The position numbers and the translations under genes are program-made. 64,000 nucleotides of DNA, from assembly GCA_964230215.1 (NCBI GenBank), contig CAXRGQ010000006.1, forward strand, positions 174,106 through 238,105, read 5' to 3'. This stretch comes from Flavobacteriales bacterium (lineage in GTDB: Bacteria; Bacteroidota; Bacteroidia; Flavobacteriales_D; JAUILH01). This document shows positions 46,034 through 55,984 of the stretch, one piece after another. A model generated the notes under the pieces. It was given only the letters and a program-made list of their open reading frames with translations. It ran no database searches and had not been told where the DNA came from. Numbering within the stretch: position 1 is the first letter of the stretch; the number at the start of each line of letters is the position of its first letter.

Positions 46034-46120
46034 GGATTTACGCCTCAAACAATTCTATTCAACTATCTTTGCGCGCTTAATCAAAAACAGGCTCGGCAAA
46101 TGAGCCTTGAATACTAAGGC

Positions 46121-47695
46121 ATGACAAAGTACCTGCAATTATTTGACCTCAAGCAAAAAGTAAATTACAAATCTGAAATTCTCTCTGGATTAACCGTAGC
46201 ATTGGCTTTGGTGCCAGAAGCGGTTGCCTTTGCGCTTATAGCGGGATTATCGCCATTAACGGGATTGTATGCAGCCTTTGTAATGGGCTTGGTAACCGCT
46301 ATTTTGGGCGGAAGACCGGGAATGATCTCGGGTGCGACGGGTGCTGTTGCGGTTGTATTTGTAGGCTTGATTAGCGAACTGAAAGAAAAAACGCCTGGTA
46401 TCGGAATAGACGAAATTACACAGTACGTGTTTGTGACGGTTATTCTGGCGGGAATAATTCAGTTGATAGCGGGATTTTTGCGCTTAGGGAAATTCATGCG
46501 TCTTGTGCCCCATCCTGTGATATACGGCTTTGTAAACGGATTAGCCATTATCATATTCACGGCACAGTTAGCACAGTTCAAGACAGACAGTACAAACCCA
46601 GATGCTCCTTGGATGCAGGGTGCAGACCTCTTCTCATTTATGGGCTTGGTGGCTCTTGCAATGCTCATTATTTGGGGCTTACCTAAACTTACCAAAGCAA
46701 TTCCATCAGGACTTGTTGCTATTCTAGCCATTTTTGGTGTCGTTTACTTTTTTAACATTGAGACCTCAACGGTGGGTGATATAGCCTCAGTGAGCGGTGG
46801 CTTCCCCACCCCAACAATTCCGGATGTACCATTTACTTGGGACACCTTTATGCTGGTGCTACCTTATGCTGCCATTGTGGCCGGTGTTGGACTAATCGAA
46901 AGCTTATTGACACTGAATATTATTGATGAGATTACGCAGACGCGCGGGCGTGGAAACAAAGAAGCTGTCGCACAGGGAACGGCAAATATCTTGTCAGGCT
47001 TCTTACTTGGCATGGGTGGTTGTGCCATGATAGGTCAGAGTTTGATAAATATTTCTTCGGGGGCACGTGCTCGCTTATCAGGTATTGTGGCCGCTGTAAT
47101 GTTACTTTTATTCGTGATGTTCGGCTCGGATATCATTGAAAAATTACCAATGGCAGCATTAACTGGTCTTATGATTATGGTATCAATAGGTACTTTTGAA
47201 TGGGCAAGTTTAAGGACATTTAAACGAATGCCACGATCGGATGTGTTTGTGATTGTTTTGGTGACCTTGGTAACGGTATTCCTACACAACCTAGCTTTAG
47301 CGGTATTAGTGGGTGTAATTATCTCAGCATTAGTATTTGCATGGGACAATGCTAAGCGTATTCGTGCTCGTAAGCATATAGACGAGCAAGGAGTAAAACA
47401 TTACGAGATCTATGGCCCACTATTCTTTGGTTCGGTTGATGTATTCTTGGACAAGTTTGATTCAGAAAACGACCCTGATGAAGTAATTGTTGATTTTAAG
47501 GAAAGTCGTGTTGTTGATATGTCTGCCATTGATGCGCTTAACAGATTGACAGAACGCTACAAGAACGCTAAAAAAGTAATCCATCTTAAACATTTGAGTC
47601 CAGACTGTGTGCGTCTAATAGACAATGCGGATAAGTTGATTGACGTAAATGTGATGGAAGATCCTACTTATAAGGTATTGACAGACGAGATCTAA
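46121..47695 (+). CDS. SulP family anion permease with a C-terminal STAS domain
   Basis: Multi-TM protein with a SulP N-terminal signature region and a STAS-like tail (YEIYGPLFFGS...). Confidence 0.85.
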   Translation: MTKYLQLFDLKQKVNYKSEILSGLTVALALVPEAVAFALIAGLSPLTGLYAAFVMGLVTAILGGRPGMISGATGAVAVVFVGLISELKEKTPGIGIDEITQYVFVTVILAGIIQLIAGFLRLGKFMRLVPHPVIYGFVNGLAIIIFTAQLAQFKTDSTNPDAPWMQGADLFSFMGLVALAMLIIWGLPKLTKAIPSGLVAILAIFGVVYFFNIETSTVGDIASVSGGFPTPTIPDVPFTWDTFMLVLPYAAIVAGVGLIESLLTLNIIDEITQTRGRGNKEAVAQGTANILSGFLLGMGGCAMIGQSLINISSGARARLSGIVAAVMLLLFVMFGSDIIEKLPMAALTGLMIMVSIGTFEWASLRTFKRMPRSDVFVIVLVTLVTVFLHNLALAVLVGVIISALVFAWDNAKRIRARKHIDEQGVKHYEIYGPLFFGSVDVFLDKFDSENDPDEVIVDFKESRVVDMSAIDALNRLTERYKNAKKVIHLKHLSPDCVRLIDNADKLIDVNVMEDPTYKVLTDEI

Positions 47696-47790
47696 GAGCA
47701 AGCAAAACTCATTGTATTATACACATAATTTGTGCAGTCATTTAGCCACGCTGTACACTGAATGATACTATTTTTGGAAAAACAACTTCA

Positions 47791-48513
47791 ATGAAACTAT
47801 TAAACGTATTATTGATTTCAATAATGACGGCATGTAACTCCGGAAATGCCTCAAAAAACAATGCACCGATGAATGAAAATAAAATTAAGATTGTATACGT
47901 ATATGACGCCTTGTGTGGATGGTGTTACGGCTTTAGTCCTGTTATTGAACAAATCAAGGAGAACTATCAGGATGATTTTGAGTTTGAAATAGTCAGTGGT
48001 GGACTAAAAATTGGTGATGCTGTAGGTCCCATCGGGGTGGTAGCGCCCTACATTAAAGAAGGTGCCTATAAAAAAGTTGAACAAACATGTGGAGTAAAAT
48101 TTGGAGACGCGTTTATTAACGGTCCTCTTGAGGAAGGAACCATGATTGCGAATTCAGAGCCCCCTGCAATTGCACTGTCCATTGTGAAAGATAAAATGCC
48201 AGAAAAAGCATTCGAATTTGGGTCGATTCTTCATAAAGCTCTCTACGTAGATGGAATGGAACCAGAGGATACCGCTAGCTATGGTGGCTATGCAGAAAAA
48301 ATTGGATTGGATAGTTCGGTTTTTGTGGCAGATATGAAAGACCCAAAGTATCGCTACTCAGCCATCAGTGATTTTAATCGTGCACAACAATTGGGAGTTA
48401 CTGGCTTCCCTGCATTAATTGCCCAAACTTCAGATACGGCTTATCTAATTAGCTCAGGCTATCGTGATTATAAATCTATTAGCAAGGTCTTGGATCAGAT
48501 TAAGGGTCTATAA
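47791..48513 (+). CDS. DsbA-family thioredoxin-fold lipoprotein
   Basis: CGWC active-site motif and lipobox IMTAC. Confidence 0.7.
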   Translation: MKLLNVLLISIMTACNSGNASKNNAPMNENKIKIVYVYDALCGWCYGFSPVIEQIKENYQDDFEFEIVSGGLKIGDAVGPIGVVAPYIKEGAYKKVEQTCGVKFGDAFINGPLEEGTMIANSEPPAIALSIVKDKMPEKAFEFGSILHKALYVDGMEPEDTASYGGYAEKIGLDSSVFVADMKDPKYRYSAISDFNRAQQLGVTGFPALIAQTSDTAYLISSGYRDYKSISKVLDQIKGL

Positions 48514-48590
48514 CTTTTTTAACGATCAATTTTATCGTTAATCATGTGAACAAAATTGTCATGTAAATAAAGTGTTATAAGATGAAACAC

Positions 48591-48625
48591 AAAAAAGCCC
48601 GAAGGGAGACCTTCAGGCTTTTTTG
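48591..48625. terminator. bidirectional rho-independent terminator
   Basis: AAAAAA-AGCCCGAAGG-GAGA-CCTTCAGGCT-TTTTT, located between convergent genes. Confidence 0.75.
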
Positions 48626-48645
48626 TGGATAAACAAATAGCAGTA

Positions 48646-49080
48646 TTAACTGCCTGGCGACAATGAGTAACTTCCATCACCGTTAAAATTATTAAGTATT
48701 AGTTCTACTTTCCACATACCTGGTTTACCTTCTTCCGAAACTCCAGAAAACGAATCTTCACCATTGTTTGGTAGAGTTTGATCAATAACTACATTTCCTT
48801 TTTTATCGTACACTTTCATTTGTACTGTTCCACCGCTTGTTGTAACATCAAAATTGGCGTTACATTTACTATTCTTGTTCTCCCACGCAAACGAATATGT
48901 TCCAGAGTCTCCATTACCGGTAAAGTCTCCTCCAGGATCTGCCCCGGTTGATCCGACATCAACAGTTCCTGAATATGTGTTTTCAATTACTTCATTGTTA
49001 TCAAATTTTCTGTATTTACCACAAGAAGAGATACCTAACGTTAAAGCTGTAACTAAGGCTAGAGCAATAATATTTTTCAT
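48646..49080 (-). CDS. small lipoprotein, hypothetical
   Basis: Lipobox LGISSC. Confidence 0.55.
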   Translation of the reverse strand: MKNIIALALVTALTLGISSCGKYRKFDNNEVIENTYSGTVDVGSTGADPGGDFTGNGDSGTYSFAWENKNSKCNANFDVTTSGGTVQMKVYDKKGNVVIDQTLPNNGEDSFSGVSEEGKPGMWKVELILNNFNGDGSYSLSPGS

Positions 49081-49155
49081 AATACTTTGGTTTAATTAAT
49101 TACTATTTACCCTAAGATGCTTGTCATTGAGCAATGGTTGGAAAACCGAAGAAAA

Positions 49156-50616
49156 TTATTTAGACTTTTTTGAGGGAGCGAATCTTAAAGCAGTGTATAG
49201 GCCAACGCCAAAGGTCCTTGTAACATTGAAATCAGATGGCAAAAACTTGTCACCTGCAAAAATATTAAATAGTCCTATGCTCGATTTCATTCCATACTCA
49301 AGCTCAAATCGATCAAGTTGCTTAACCTGACCAACAGACAATGACGTTAGCGGATTAATGTTTTTATAAAACACCTCATTCATTCTTTTGTCATCTGAGT
49401 ATGTATTTGAACCATTCACGAGAAAATCTATCCCTATCCCCGCGCTTATGTTAAGAACGTTATCACTATTGCCTTGTAGTGGCTTATTTAAACCATATGA
49501 AACCTCTCCTGATATTAGATTTAGTCTAGATCTCTTTTCAAAATAACGTCCAGACCTGTAATTACCTACTACTTGATTATATTGTGTCATCCCAAGCCTA
49601 AAATCAAGAAAACTATTTCTATTGATGTCATAGTTAAAATTAGCTCCTGTACTCCATGAAACACTTGGCTTTAAAGCTATCAAACTACTTGCCACGAGTC
49701 CCTTCCTACTTTCATTATTCCATAGCATCCCATAAAATGGACTAGCATATGCTCCGTATGACCAAGCATTTTTAGTCTCGTTAGACGCCATATCAAACGA
49801 CATAGATGGAACTGTGTCTAAAATGATCTGGATTGGAACCGGCGTTAAGGCTATCAATGTCACATTATCTTTATGAGGGTTCTGATTGTCAACGGTCGTT
49901 GTGAACTCACCTACACCTTGTGCGGACCGCTCGGTATCGACTATACCTTCGTTGCTATGCATATCTAACGCTACATGATATGCTCGCGAATTGACAGGAT
50001 TATGTGAAGCTATAGATTCATTCGCTAACTTACGTTCTGGCTGTGTATGACTCTGATATCGTCTTAATCCATCTCCTTCAGATCCTTGGCCAACTAAATT
50101 CTTATCTAACAAATCATCAGCCTTAACAATTTGGTTGAGTGTATCATTAATGGACTCAGTTAAATACTCCTTTTGCTCAGAATCAGCATTCGTTTGGGTA
50201 GCTTCTTCATCATTGAACATATTGTTCTCAGTGGATAATGCTCTTTTAGTGTCTGCGTCAAGCGTTTGTTGCCAATAGTAAATAGTAGCCGATCCTCCAA
50301 TTAAAAGTAACAAAACCACGGCAATACGCCATCTAAACCATAGCAATCTACGTCTTGTTCGTCCATTCAAATAGGCATTTAATCTGCTCCATACCGTATC
50401 TATATTCAATTGCTTGTTAATCCCTCCCCAAATTTCCTTTGGTACTGTATGGTTAAGTGAATCGAAACTTGCCTTTACACTAGCGTCAATCGCTTGAGGT
50501 ATAGGACTTATATTATCATCAATGGCACTCCATAAATCACTGGGCACTTTTTTAGACGAAGAAGCAAAAGCTCCTCTAACAGCATCATCGATATGGTCGT
50601 TTTTATTCTCGCTCAT
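49156..50616 (-). CDS. anti-sigma-like membrane protein with a beta-barrel-like C-terminal domain
   Basis: Overlaps the sigma gene by 4 nt. Has a TM helix (IAVVLLLLIGGSATIYYW) and a C-terminal alternating-strand region ending in an aromatic-rich segment. Confidence 0.55.
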   Translation of the reverse strand: MSENKNDHIDDAVRGAFASSSKKVPSDLWSAIDDNISPIPQAIDASVKASFDSLNHTVPKEIWGGINKQLNIDTVWSRLNAYLNGRTRRRLLWFRWRIAVVLLLLIGGSATIYYWQQTLDADTKRALSTENNMFNDEEATQTNADSEQKEYLTESINDTLNQIVKADDLLDKNLVGQGSEGDGLRRYQSHTQPERKLANESIASHNPVNSRAYHVALDMHSNEGIVDTERSAQGVGEFTTTVDNQNPHKDNVTLIALTPVPIQIILDTVPSMSFDMASNETKNAWSYGAYASPFYGMLWNNESRKGLVASSLIALKPSVSWSTGANFNYDINRNSFLDFRLGMTQYNQVVGNYRSGRYFEKRSRLNLISGEVSYGLNKPLQGNSDNVLNISAGIGIDFLVNGSNTYSDDKRMNEVFYKNINPLTSLSVGQVKQLDRFELEYGMKSSIGLFNIFAGDKFLPSDFNVTRTFGVGLYTALRFAPSKKSK

Positions 50617-51140
50617 AAGGATGCTAGTTTGTCTTGGAGCATTGCTCGTGCTCGACTAAGCTGAGATTTAGATGTACCTGTAGAGATACTTAAATGATTT
50701 GCTATTTCTTGATGAGAATACCCCTCAATGGCATATAATTTTAAGATTAATCCAGCCTTGGTTGGCAATTGATTTACCAATTTTATGATATCGGCAACAT
50801 TAAAGTCATTTAAAACATTTTTTTGGAACTCTGTACTATCATACTTTGAATCTGCAATTATTTCAGAATAGCGCTTACGTTTTCTACATGCTTCTAATGC
50901 CGTATTCACAACTATTCGGCGAATCCAACCTTCAAATGAACCATTAAAATTATATTTCTGAAGGTTTCTGAATACTTTGATAAAACTATCCTGTAAAATA
51001 TCACATGCTTCATCATCGTCCACAGCATATGTGAGAGCAACATTAAACATCTTATCAGCATATTTGCGATATAGTTGCTCCTGGTACTCACGTTTGTCCT
51101 TGAGACAATTTTCAATCAATATTTCTAAAGATACACTCAT
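50613..51140 (-). CDS. ECF-type sigma-70 family factor
   Basis: Region 2 (QEQLYRKYADKMFNVALTY..DEACDILQDSFIKVF) and region 4 (YSHQEIANHLSISTGTSKSQLSRARAML). I prefer the start at MSVSLEIL. Confidence 0.8.
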   Translation of the reverse strand: MSVSLEILIENCLKDKREYQEQLYRKYADKMFNVALTYAVDDDEACDILQDSFIKVFRNLQKYNFNGSFEGWIRRIVVNTALEACRKRKRYSEIIADSKYDSTEFQKNVLNDFNVADIIKLVNQLPTKAGLILKLYAIEGYSHQEIANHLSISTGTSKSQLSRARAMLQDKLASL

Positions 51141-51144
51141 TGAA

Positions 51145-51843
51145 TTACAGTGCTGCCTCTGCAGACTCATCTACTCTATCGGCTATAATATCAAATATGT
51201 CAGAGTTTTCACTATCACTAATTACAATAGTTGGAACTCCGCTTATGTTAGTCAAATCAGCGTTCTCCAGCATAGATATGCTCACCAATTGGAACCAATA
51301 AACTGGGTCTAATTCAATTGCTAGAGTTGATACAACATCTTTGTCAAGTATTATAGCTGGACCACCATCGTTAGACTCCGCAAATACTTCAAAGGTTTCT
51401 GCGTCCAAGAATTCAAATCGCAACGGTATGTCTGCTCCACTTTGATTAGTATAGATTCCTTCAACTAGAATAGATATATCCCCGTTATCATCAAATGTTT
51501 CAAAGTCAAGCTCAAATAAGGTATAGCTGCCTTGGGGGATATCATAGTCCAACTGGCTTTGAAACGCACTGTTGTCAAAGTTAATTACCGCTCCATTTGA
51601 CCATTCTTGATTAAAATAGATATCATCCCCCTGTTCTCTTTGACCTTGAATTGAAAAAGAGGCCAAGCGGATATAACCACCTGTAAAGCGCAGATTACCA
51701 GATGAACTTGAAAGTCTATTGATATCCATGATGGTTTTCACATCAGTTGGCTTTTTCCATTTATTTTTTCTGCACGAGCTTATTGGTAGGGCTAATAATA
51801 TCGCCATAAGCAGTATGGTGTATCGTGTGTTTAATGAGCTCAT
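51145..51843 (-). CDS. lipoprotein, hypothetical
   Basis: Lipobox LALPISSC when started at MSSLNTRY. Confidence 0.5.
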   Translation of the reverse strand: MSSLNTRYTILLMAILLALPISSCRKNKWKKPTDVKTIMDINRLSSSSGNLRFTGGYIRLASFSIQGQREQGDDIYFNQEWSNGAVINFDNSAFQSQLDYDIPQGSYTLFELDFETFDDNGDISILVEGIYTNQSGADIPLRFEFLDAETFEVFAESNDGGPAIILDKDVVSTLAIELDPVYWFQLVSISMLENADLTNISGVPTIVISDSENSDIFDIIADRVDESAEAAL

Positions 51844-52063
51844 AATAGTATATACAAGGTACAAACTATTATTTAGATGCATATCAAATAGGAAAGGTTG
51901 GAAAAGATGAGTTTCTTTTTTTATTCAAGCGGAAGATCGGTTTAATTTCATTGGACCGTGTATCTTCTGTTGGGACCTCAGTCGAAAAGTTAATCGGACT
52001 ATCGTCCGCTCGCTTTTTTGCCGCCCAAATTCGCTTTGAAATAAATTTCACGCGACTTTGGAC

Positions 52064-52095
52064 AACAAAAAAAGTCCCTAGCTACGCTAAGGACT
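52064..52095 (-). terminator. terminator downstream of tRNA-His
   Basis: Minus-strand hairpin AGTCCTTAGC / GCTAGGGACT followed by a T-run. Confidence 0.6.
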
Positions 52096-52103
52096 TTTCT
52101 CTG

Positions 52104-52178
52104 GGTGGAAGATGGGTCTCGAACCCACGACCTCCTGAACCACAATCAGGCGCTCTAACCAACTGAGCTACAACCACC
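52104..52178 (-). tRNA. tRNA-His (anticodon GTG) with a G-1
   Basis: Hand-folded cloverleaf. D arm GCTC/GAGC, anticodon stem CCTGA/TCAGG with loop TTGTGGT, T arm GTGGG-TTCGAGA-CCCAT. An extra 5' G pairs with discriminator C. CCA is not encoded. The acceptor stem has two adjacent U-U mismatches. Confidence 0.8.
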
Positions 52179-52302
52179 ATGTTAACCAAAACTTAATTTG
52201 CATTGCATTTTGGTGGGTGCAAATATAAGCATAATTCGATTTACGCAAATTGTTATTCAATCTTTTTACGGTTTTTGCGTTATATCTTTACTTTTGGACT
52301 GC

Positions 52303-53232
52303 TTGAAAATTGCAATTGTTATATCTACTGGGCTGGGCAACGCTATTATGATGGTGCCTATGATGAACGACCTTAAGCGTGCAGGGCATAATTTAATCGG
52401 CATATTTACTAGCGAATTCGGCTGTGAGGAACTCTTTAGACTCAGTTCAATACTTGATGATCATATCGTTCTTGGCTCTAAAACTAAGTTGGCAGCATTC
52501 GGTATTGCCAATGTGAATCGTTTTGATGGTATTATTCTTGACCAATTCGCCGCTACCAAAAAACATTTCGTTTTAGCTAGACTGATCGCTAAACAAGCGT
52601 GGATTCAGCAAGGCCCCACTCCTATTCCATCTGTCTTGAGTAAGAAATCGAAGATTACTTCTGTCAATTCGGAGCACGGAGTTTTACAGTTGAAACACTT
52701 AGTCCAAGACCTAGCTAACTTTGATTCGATTGATTATAGTTTTATACCCAAGATTAAGCCTCAAAACCATATCATATTTCAACCAGGCAGTGGCAACAAT
52801 CGTACACCGTGGAAAAACTGGCCCATCGATAATTGGATTGGGGTGCTTAAAGAAATCCAGCAGCCCATTGTAGCTATAGGCGACACAAGCGAAACCGCAT
52901 TTATTCCTCAACTTGAAGCTGCCAAACTACCTCATCTCGAGATTAAAATTGGTAAACAAAGTCTTGAGGATTTGCTGAATGACATTAATTCGGCCACCGC
53001 GTATATCGGACATGATAGCGGCCCAATGCACATGGCGGTCGCATGTAATGTGCCTACATTTACTATTTGGGGCGGCTCTCCAAAAAACATCTATGCTTAC
53101 GACGAGTTGTTGCCAGAGAAAAATAAAGTTATTGTCGGAAAAGCGTCTGAAGGAAAAGCTGAAATGATCTCAGATTTAACTCCTAAGCATGTGCTAAACG
53201 AACTAAATAGTTTTCTCGATGAGCTCGCCTAG
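52303..53232 (+). CDS. glycosyltransferase family 9 (heptosyltransferase-like)
   Basis: GHDSGPMHMA motif. I prefer TTG 52303 (MKIAIVISTGLGNAI) because the track's upstream extension runs toward the tRNA. Confidence 0.7.
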   Translation: MKIAIVISTGLGNAIMMVPMMNDLKRAGHNLIGIFTSEFGCEELFRLSSILDDHIVLGSKTKLAAFGIANVNRFDGIILDQFAATKKHFVLARLIAKQAWIQQGPTPIPSVLSKKSKITSVNSEHGVLQLKHLVQDLANFDSIDYSFIPKIKPQNHIIFQPGSGNNRTPWKNWPIDNWIGVLKEIQQPIVAIGDTSETAFIPQLEAAKLPHLEIKIGKQSLEDLLNDINSATAYIGHDSGPMHMAVACNVPTFTIWGGSPKNIYAYDELLPEKNKVIVGKASEGKAEMISDLTPKHVLNELNSFLDELA

Positions 53233-54469
53233 TCTTTCAAAACGCATTATTGGAAGCATGAGCGCAAATTTTGTGCTCCTAATCGTGCAGCTTGCTATGT
53301 TGATAATTCGGAGTAGAGAATTGAGTGTGTCTGAGCAGGGCTTGAGTGCGCTTTTTATTGTAAACATTGACTTAATTGCTCAACTAAGTATGTTCATCGG
53401 GGGCAGTGCTCTAGTGTATATGGCGAGCAGAGCGAATATGAAATCACTAGCTGTTATTAGTTATGGCTGGAGCTTAATTGCAGCATTCATAATGTTTGGC
53501 GTGTTATATCTTGTAGGCCAGCTGGACGACCAGTACTTGCTGCCTTTCTTTATCACAGGACTATTACAATGTATATATGCGGCCAATCTTAACTTGGTGC
53601 TGGGGCTGAACAGAATTTCATGGTACAATTCGCTACAAGTTATTTTAGCTGGCTCTACCCTAGGTTTACTGATTTATTTCTTTCAGGATAATGGCGCATC
53701 ATTCGAAGACTTTCTTTATGCCTATTTAGGAGGTATTGGTGTGAGCACATTCTTATCATTTATTCCTCTTTGGGGACGCATTGATTGGAAAGATAAACTG
53801 GACTTGTCGGTTTTGAAAGAACTCGGAAATTATGGATTTGTAATTCAGTTAGGCAACTTTGCACAACGCCTAAATAATCGCCTTGCTCTCTATTTGCTTG
53901 AAGCTAGTTACCTTGTGGGATTGGCCCTAGTAGGTCTATTCTCAAATGGTCAATCCAGTATAGAGAAATTAATGCTTGCCTCCAGATCACTGTCAAGTGT
54001 GCAGTATGCCGAGATCTCTAATTCACGCGACGAGAAAAAAGCAGCACAACTTAGTCTGCGATTCATGCGCATCTGTATAGCACTTACATTACTCGGTATC
54101 CTTATAGTACTGCTTATTCCAGAAAGCTTATGGCTCATAGTGTTTAGCGAGAAATACGTGGGCATAAAAGATATCATGTTAGGACTTTCGCCAGCCGTTT
54201 TTATTCTTGCAGTGAGCAATATTTTTAGTCACTATTTTTCTGGTCTTGGGAACTATCGCATCAATACTGCAGCTTCTGTCTTAGGATTGGTAGTTACTGT
54301 ACTATGCGGCTATGCCATTATCCCACAATACGGTATAGAGGGTTGTATTTATACAATTTCGGCTAGTTATGCCACTACATGCTGTTTCCAGTTGTTTTAT
54401 TTCAGAAAAGATGTAAAGATTTCGCTCAAAGACTTCATCTTGCGCTTAGAAGACTTGAAAATGAAATAA
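53219..54469 (+). CDS. polysaccharide flippase-like membrane protein (MOP/Wzx superfamily)
   Basis: 416 aa with ~12 predicted TM helices, adjacent to the GT9 gene. Confidence 0.6.
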   Translation: MSSPSLSKRIIGSMSANFVLLIVQLAMLIIRSRELSVSEQGLSALFIVNIDLIAQLSMFIGGSALVYMASRANMKSLAVISYGWSLIAAFIMFGVLYLVGQLDDQYLLPFFITGLLQCIYAANLNLVLGLNRISWYNSLQVILAGSTLGLLIYFFQDNGASFEDFLYAYLGGIGVSTFLSFIPLWGRIDWKDKLDLSVLKELGNYGFVIQLGNFAQRLNNRLALYLLEASYLVGLALVGLFSNGQSSIEKLMLASRSLSSVQYAEISNSRDEKKAAQLSLRFMRICIALTLLGILIVLLIPESLWLIVFSEKYVGIKDIMLGLSPAVFILAVSNIFSHYFSGLGNYRINTAASVLGLVVTVLCGYAIIPQYGIEGCIYTISASYATTCCFQLFYFRKDVKISLKDFILRLEDLKMK

Positions 54470-54470
54470 A

Positions 54471-55517
54471 CTAAGCTAGTTTTTCAAGAAATTTCATTGT
54501 ATCCACACCATCTGCATAGTCCGCTAAATCTGGTAACTGTGCAGCTCCAAATGGAATATAGTTTTTGCCTACAACTGCCTGAATCTTTTCTTGGTGTTCC
54601 TTCAAATAGCTCTCAACTTCACTTTCGGATTGATAGCGTTGATAAAACATTACGGCCAATGGCGAATTTAAGTCAGTCGTCTCTCTAAGTATCAAAAAAC
54701 CATTCTCAAGAATAGGCTCCTGATTCATCAAATAAATCGCTTTGTTATAATCATAGTTGTTCACGTATTTATTATGATTGATAACTTCTTTATGCTCATA
54801 TATACCTTTAAAGAAGGTGTCTAGATCGTAATCCTGGGGAATAAATATCTTGCTCACATTTCTGCAGCCTAAGCCAAAATAGGCAAATATGTCATCTCCT
54901 AATCCTCTCAGCTCTGCTTCATCTTCATCACCTGTTAGAATAGCTACACTGGTTCTGTTTTTCCGAATGATGTTCGGCACATGACCAAAATAGCTCTCGA
55001 AATAACGGGCCGAATTATCGCTACCCGTTGCAATAACAGCATCAAAGTTTTTCATTCGATCTACCACTAAGTGCATATAGGATATATCATCCGACAACTT
55101 AGACATTAATTCAAGTACCATTGGCCACAATAGCTGATCTTCGCTCGACAACTTAATCAGTGCATTATGACCCGATAGTGCTACACACAGCACATCATGA
55201 AAACCAACAAGCGGAATATTACCCGCCATTATAATACCCACATTTTTTGGCGTATCCGTTAAATTGTATTGATCTAGCCATGATCTCAGCTTGTCTTCTT
55301 CAAGCATATACGAAAGTCCTAATAGCGCACGTTTGAGGTTTGCTGAATCAAACCAAGGGTTAAAAATACTCGCTTTGTTAAGCGTAGCCTTACAAGCATC
55401 AAATTCGCTCTGATTAAGACCAGAAGAATAGTCTGTCCACTCCTCTTTTGTTGCTACATCCTTAAAGATTTTTCCTAATGTAACAAAGCAATTAATTCTT
55501 TCGTTAACGTGAACCAT
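54471..55517 (-). CDS. acyl-CoA reductase (LuxC-like)
   Basis: 348 aa. The assignment is by overall resemblance to the Bacteroidota LuxC-like family. Confidence 0.5.
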   Translation of the reverse strand: MVHVNERINCFVTLGKIFKDVATKEEWTDYSSGLNQSEFDACKATLNKASIFNPWFDSANLKRALLGLSYMLEEDKLRSWLDQYNLTDTPKNVGIIMAGNIPLVGFHDVLCVALSGHNALIKLSSEDQLLWPMVLELMSKLSDDISYMHLVVDRMKNFDAVIATGSDNSARYFESYFGHVPNIIRKNRTSVAILTGDEDEAELRGLGDDIFAYFGLGCRNVSKIFIPQDYDLDTFFKGIYEHKEVINHNKYVNNYDYNKAIYLMNQEPILENGFLILRETTDLNSPLAVMFYQRYQSESEVESYLKEHQEKIQAVVGKNYIPFGAAQLPDLADYADGVDTMKFLEKLA

Positions 55518-55576
55518 ACAGTAACTTAGTTGTTATATTTGCTGCGAAATTGCAACTAAAATTTTAAATAAAGAAA

Positions 55577-55927
55577 ATGGCCATAATTATTACGGATGAA
55601 TGTATTAACTGTGGGGCATGCGAACCAGAATGTCCGAACAACGCTATATACGAAGGAGGAACTGAGTGGAGATTTGCTGATGGAACAACCTTAGCGGGTA
55701 TGTTTACAGGAGCTAATACTGGTGTTGAAGTAGATGCTGATCACGAAAATGAGCCAGTTGATATGGATGTATATTATATCGTTCCTGATAAATGTACAGA
55801 ATGTGTTGGATTCCACGACGAACCGCAATGTGCAGCTGTTTGTCCAGTGGACTGTTGCGTGGATGACCCTGACCATAGAGAATCTGAAGAGCAATTATTA
55901 CAGAAGAAAGAAAGCCTACACCTATAG
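55577..55927 (+). CDS. 4Fe-4S dicluster ferredoxin
   Basis: CINCGACEPECP and CTEC...CAAVCP cysteine clusters. Confidence 0.85.
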   Translation: MAIIITDECINCGACEPECPNNAIYEGGTEWRFADGTTLAGMFTGANTGVEVDADHENEPVDMDVYYIVPDKCTECVGFHDEPQCAAVCPVDCCVDDPDHRESEEQLLQKKESLHL

Positions 55928-55984
55928 TCTGGCTTCATTCTTGTTACCTTTTTGACTTAATAAGTCTATAATCAAATTAGATGT

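Noticed and set aside
51951-52166. ORF 51951..52166 (+), 71 aa.
   Set aside because: It overlaps the tRNA-His gene and its terminator on the opposite strand.
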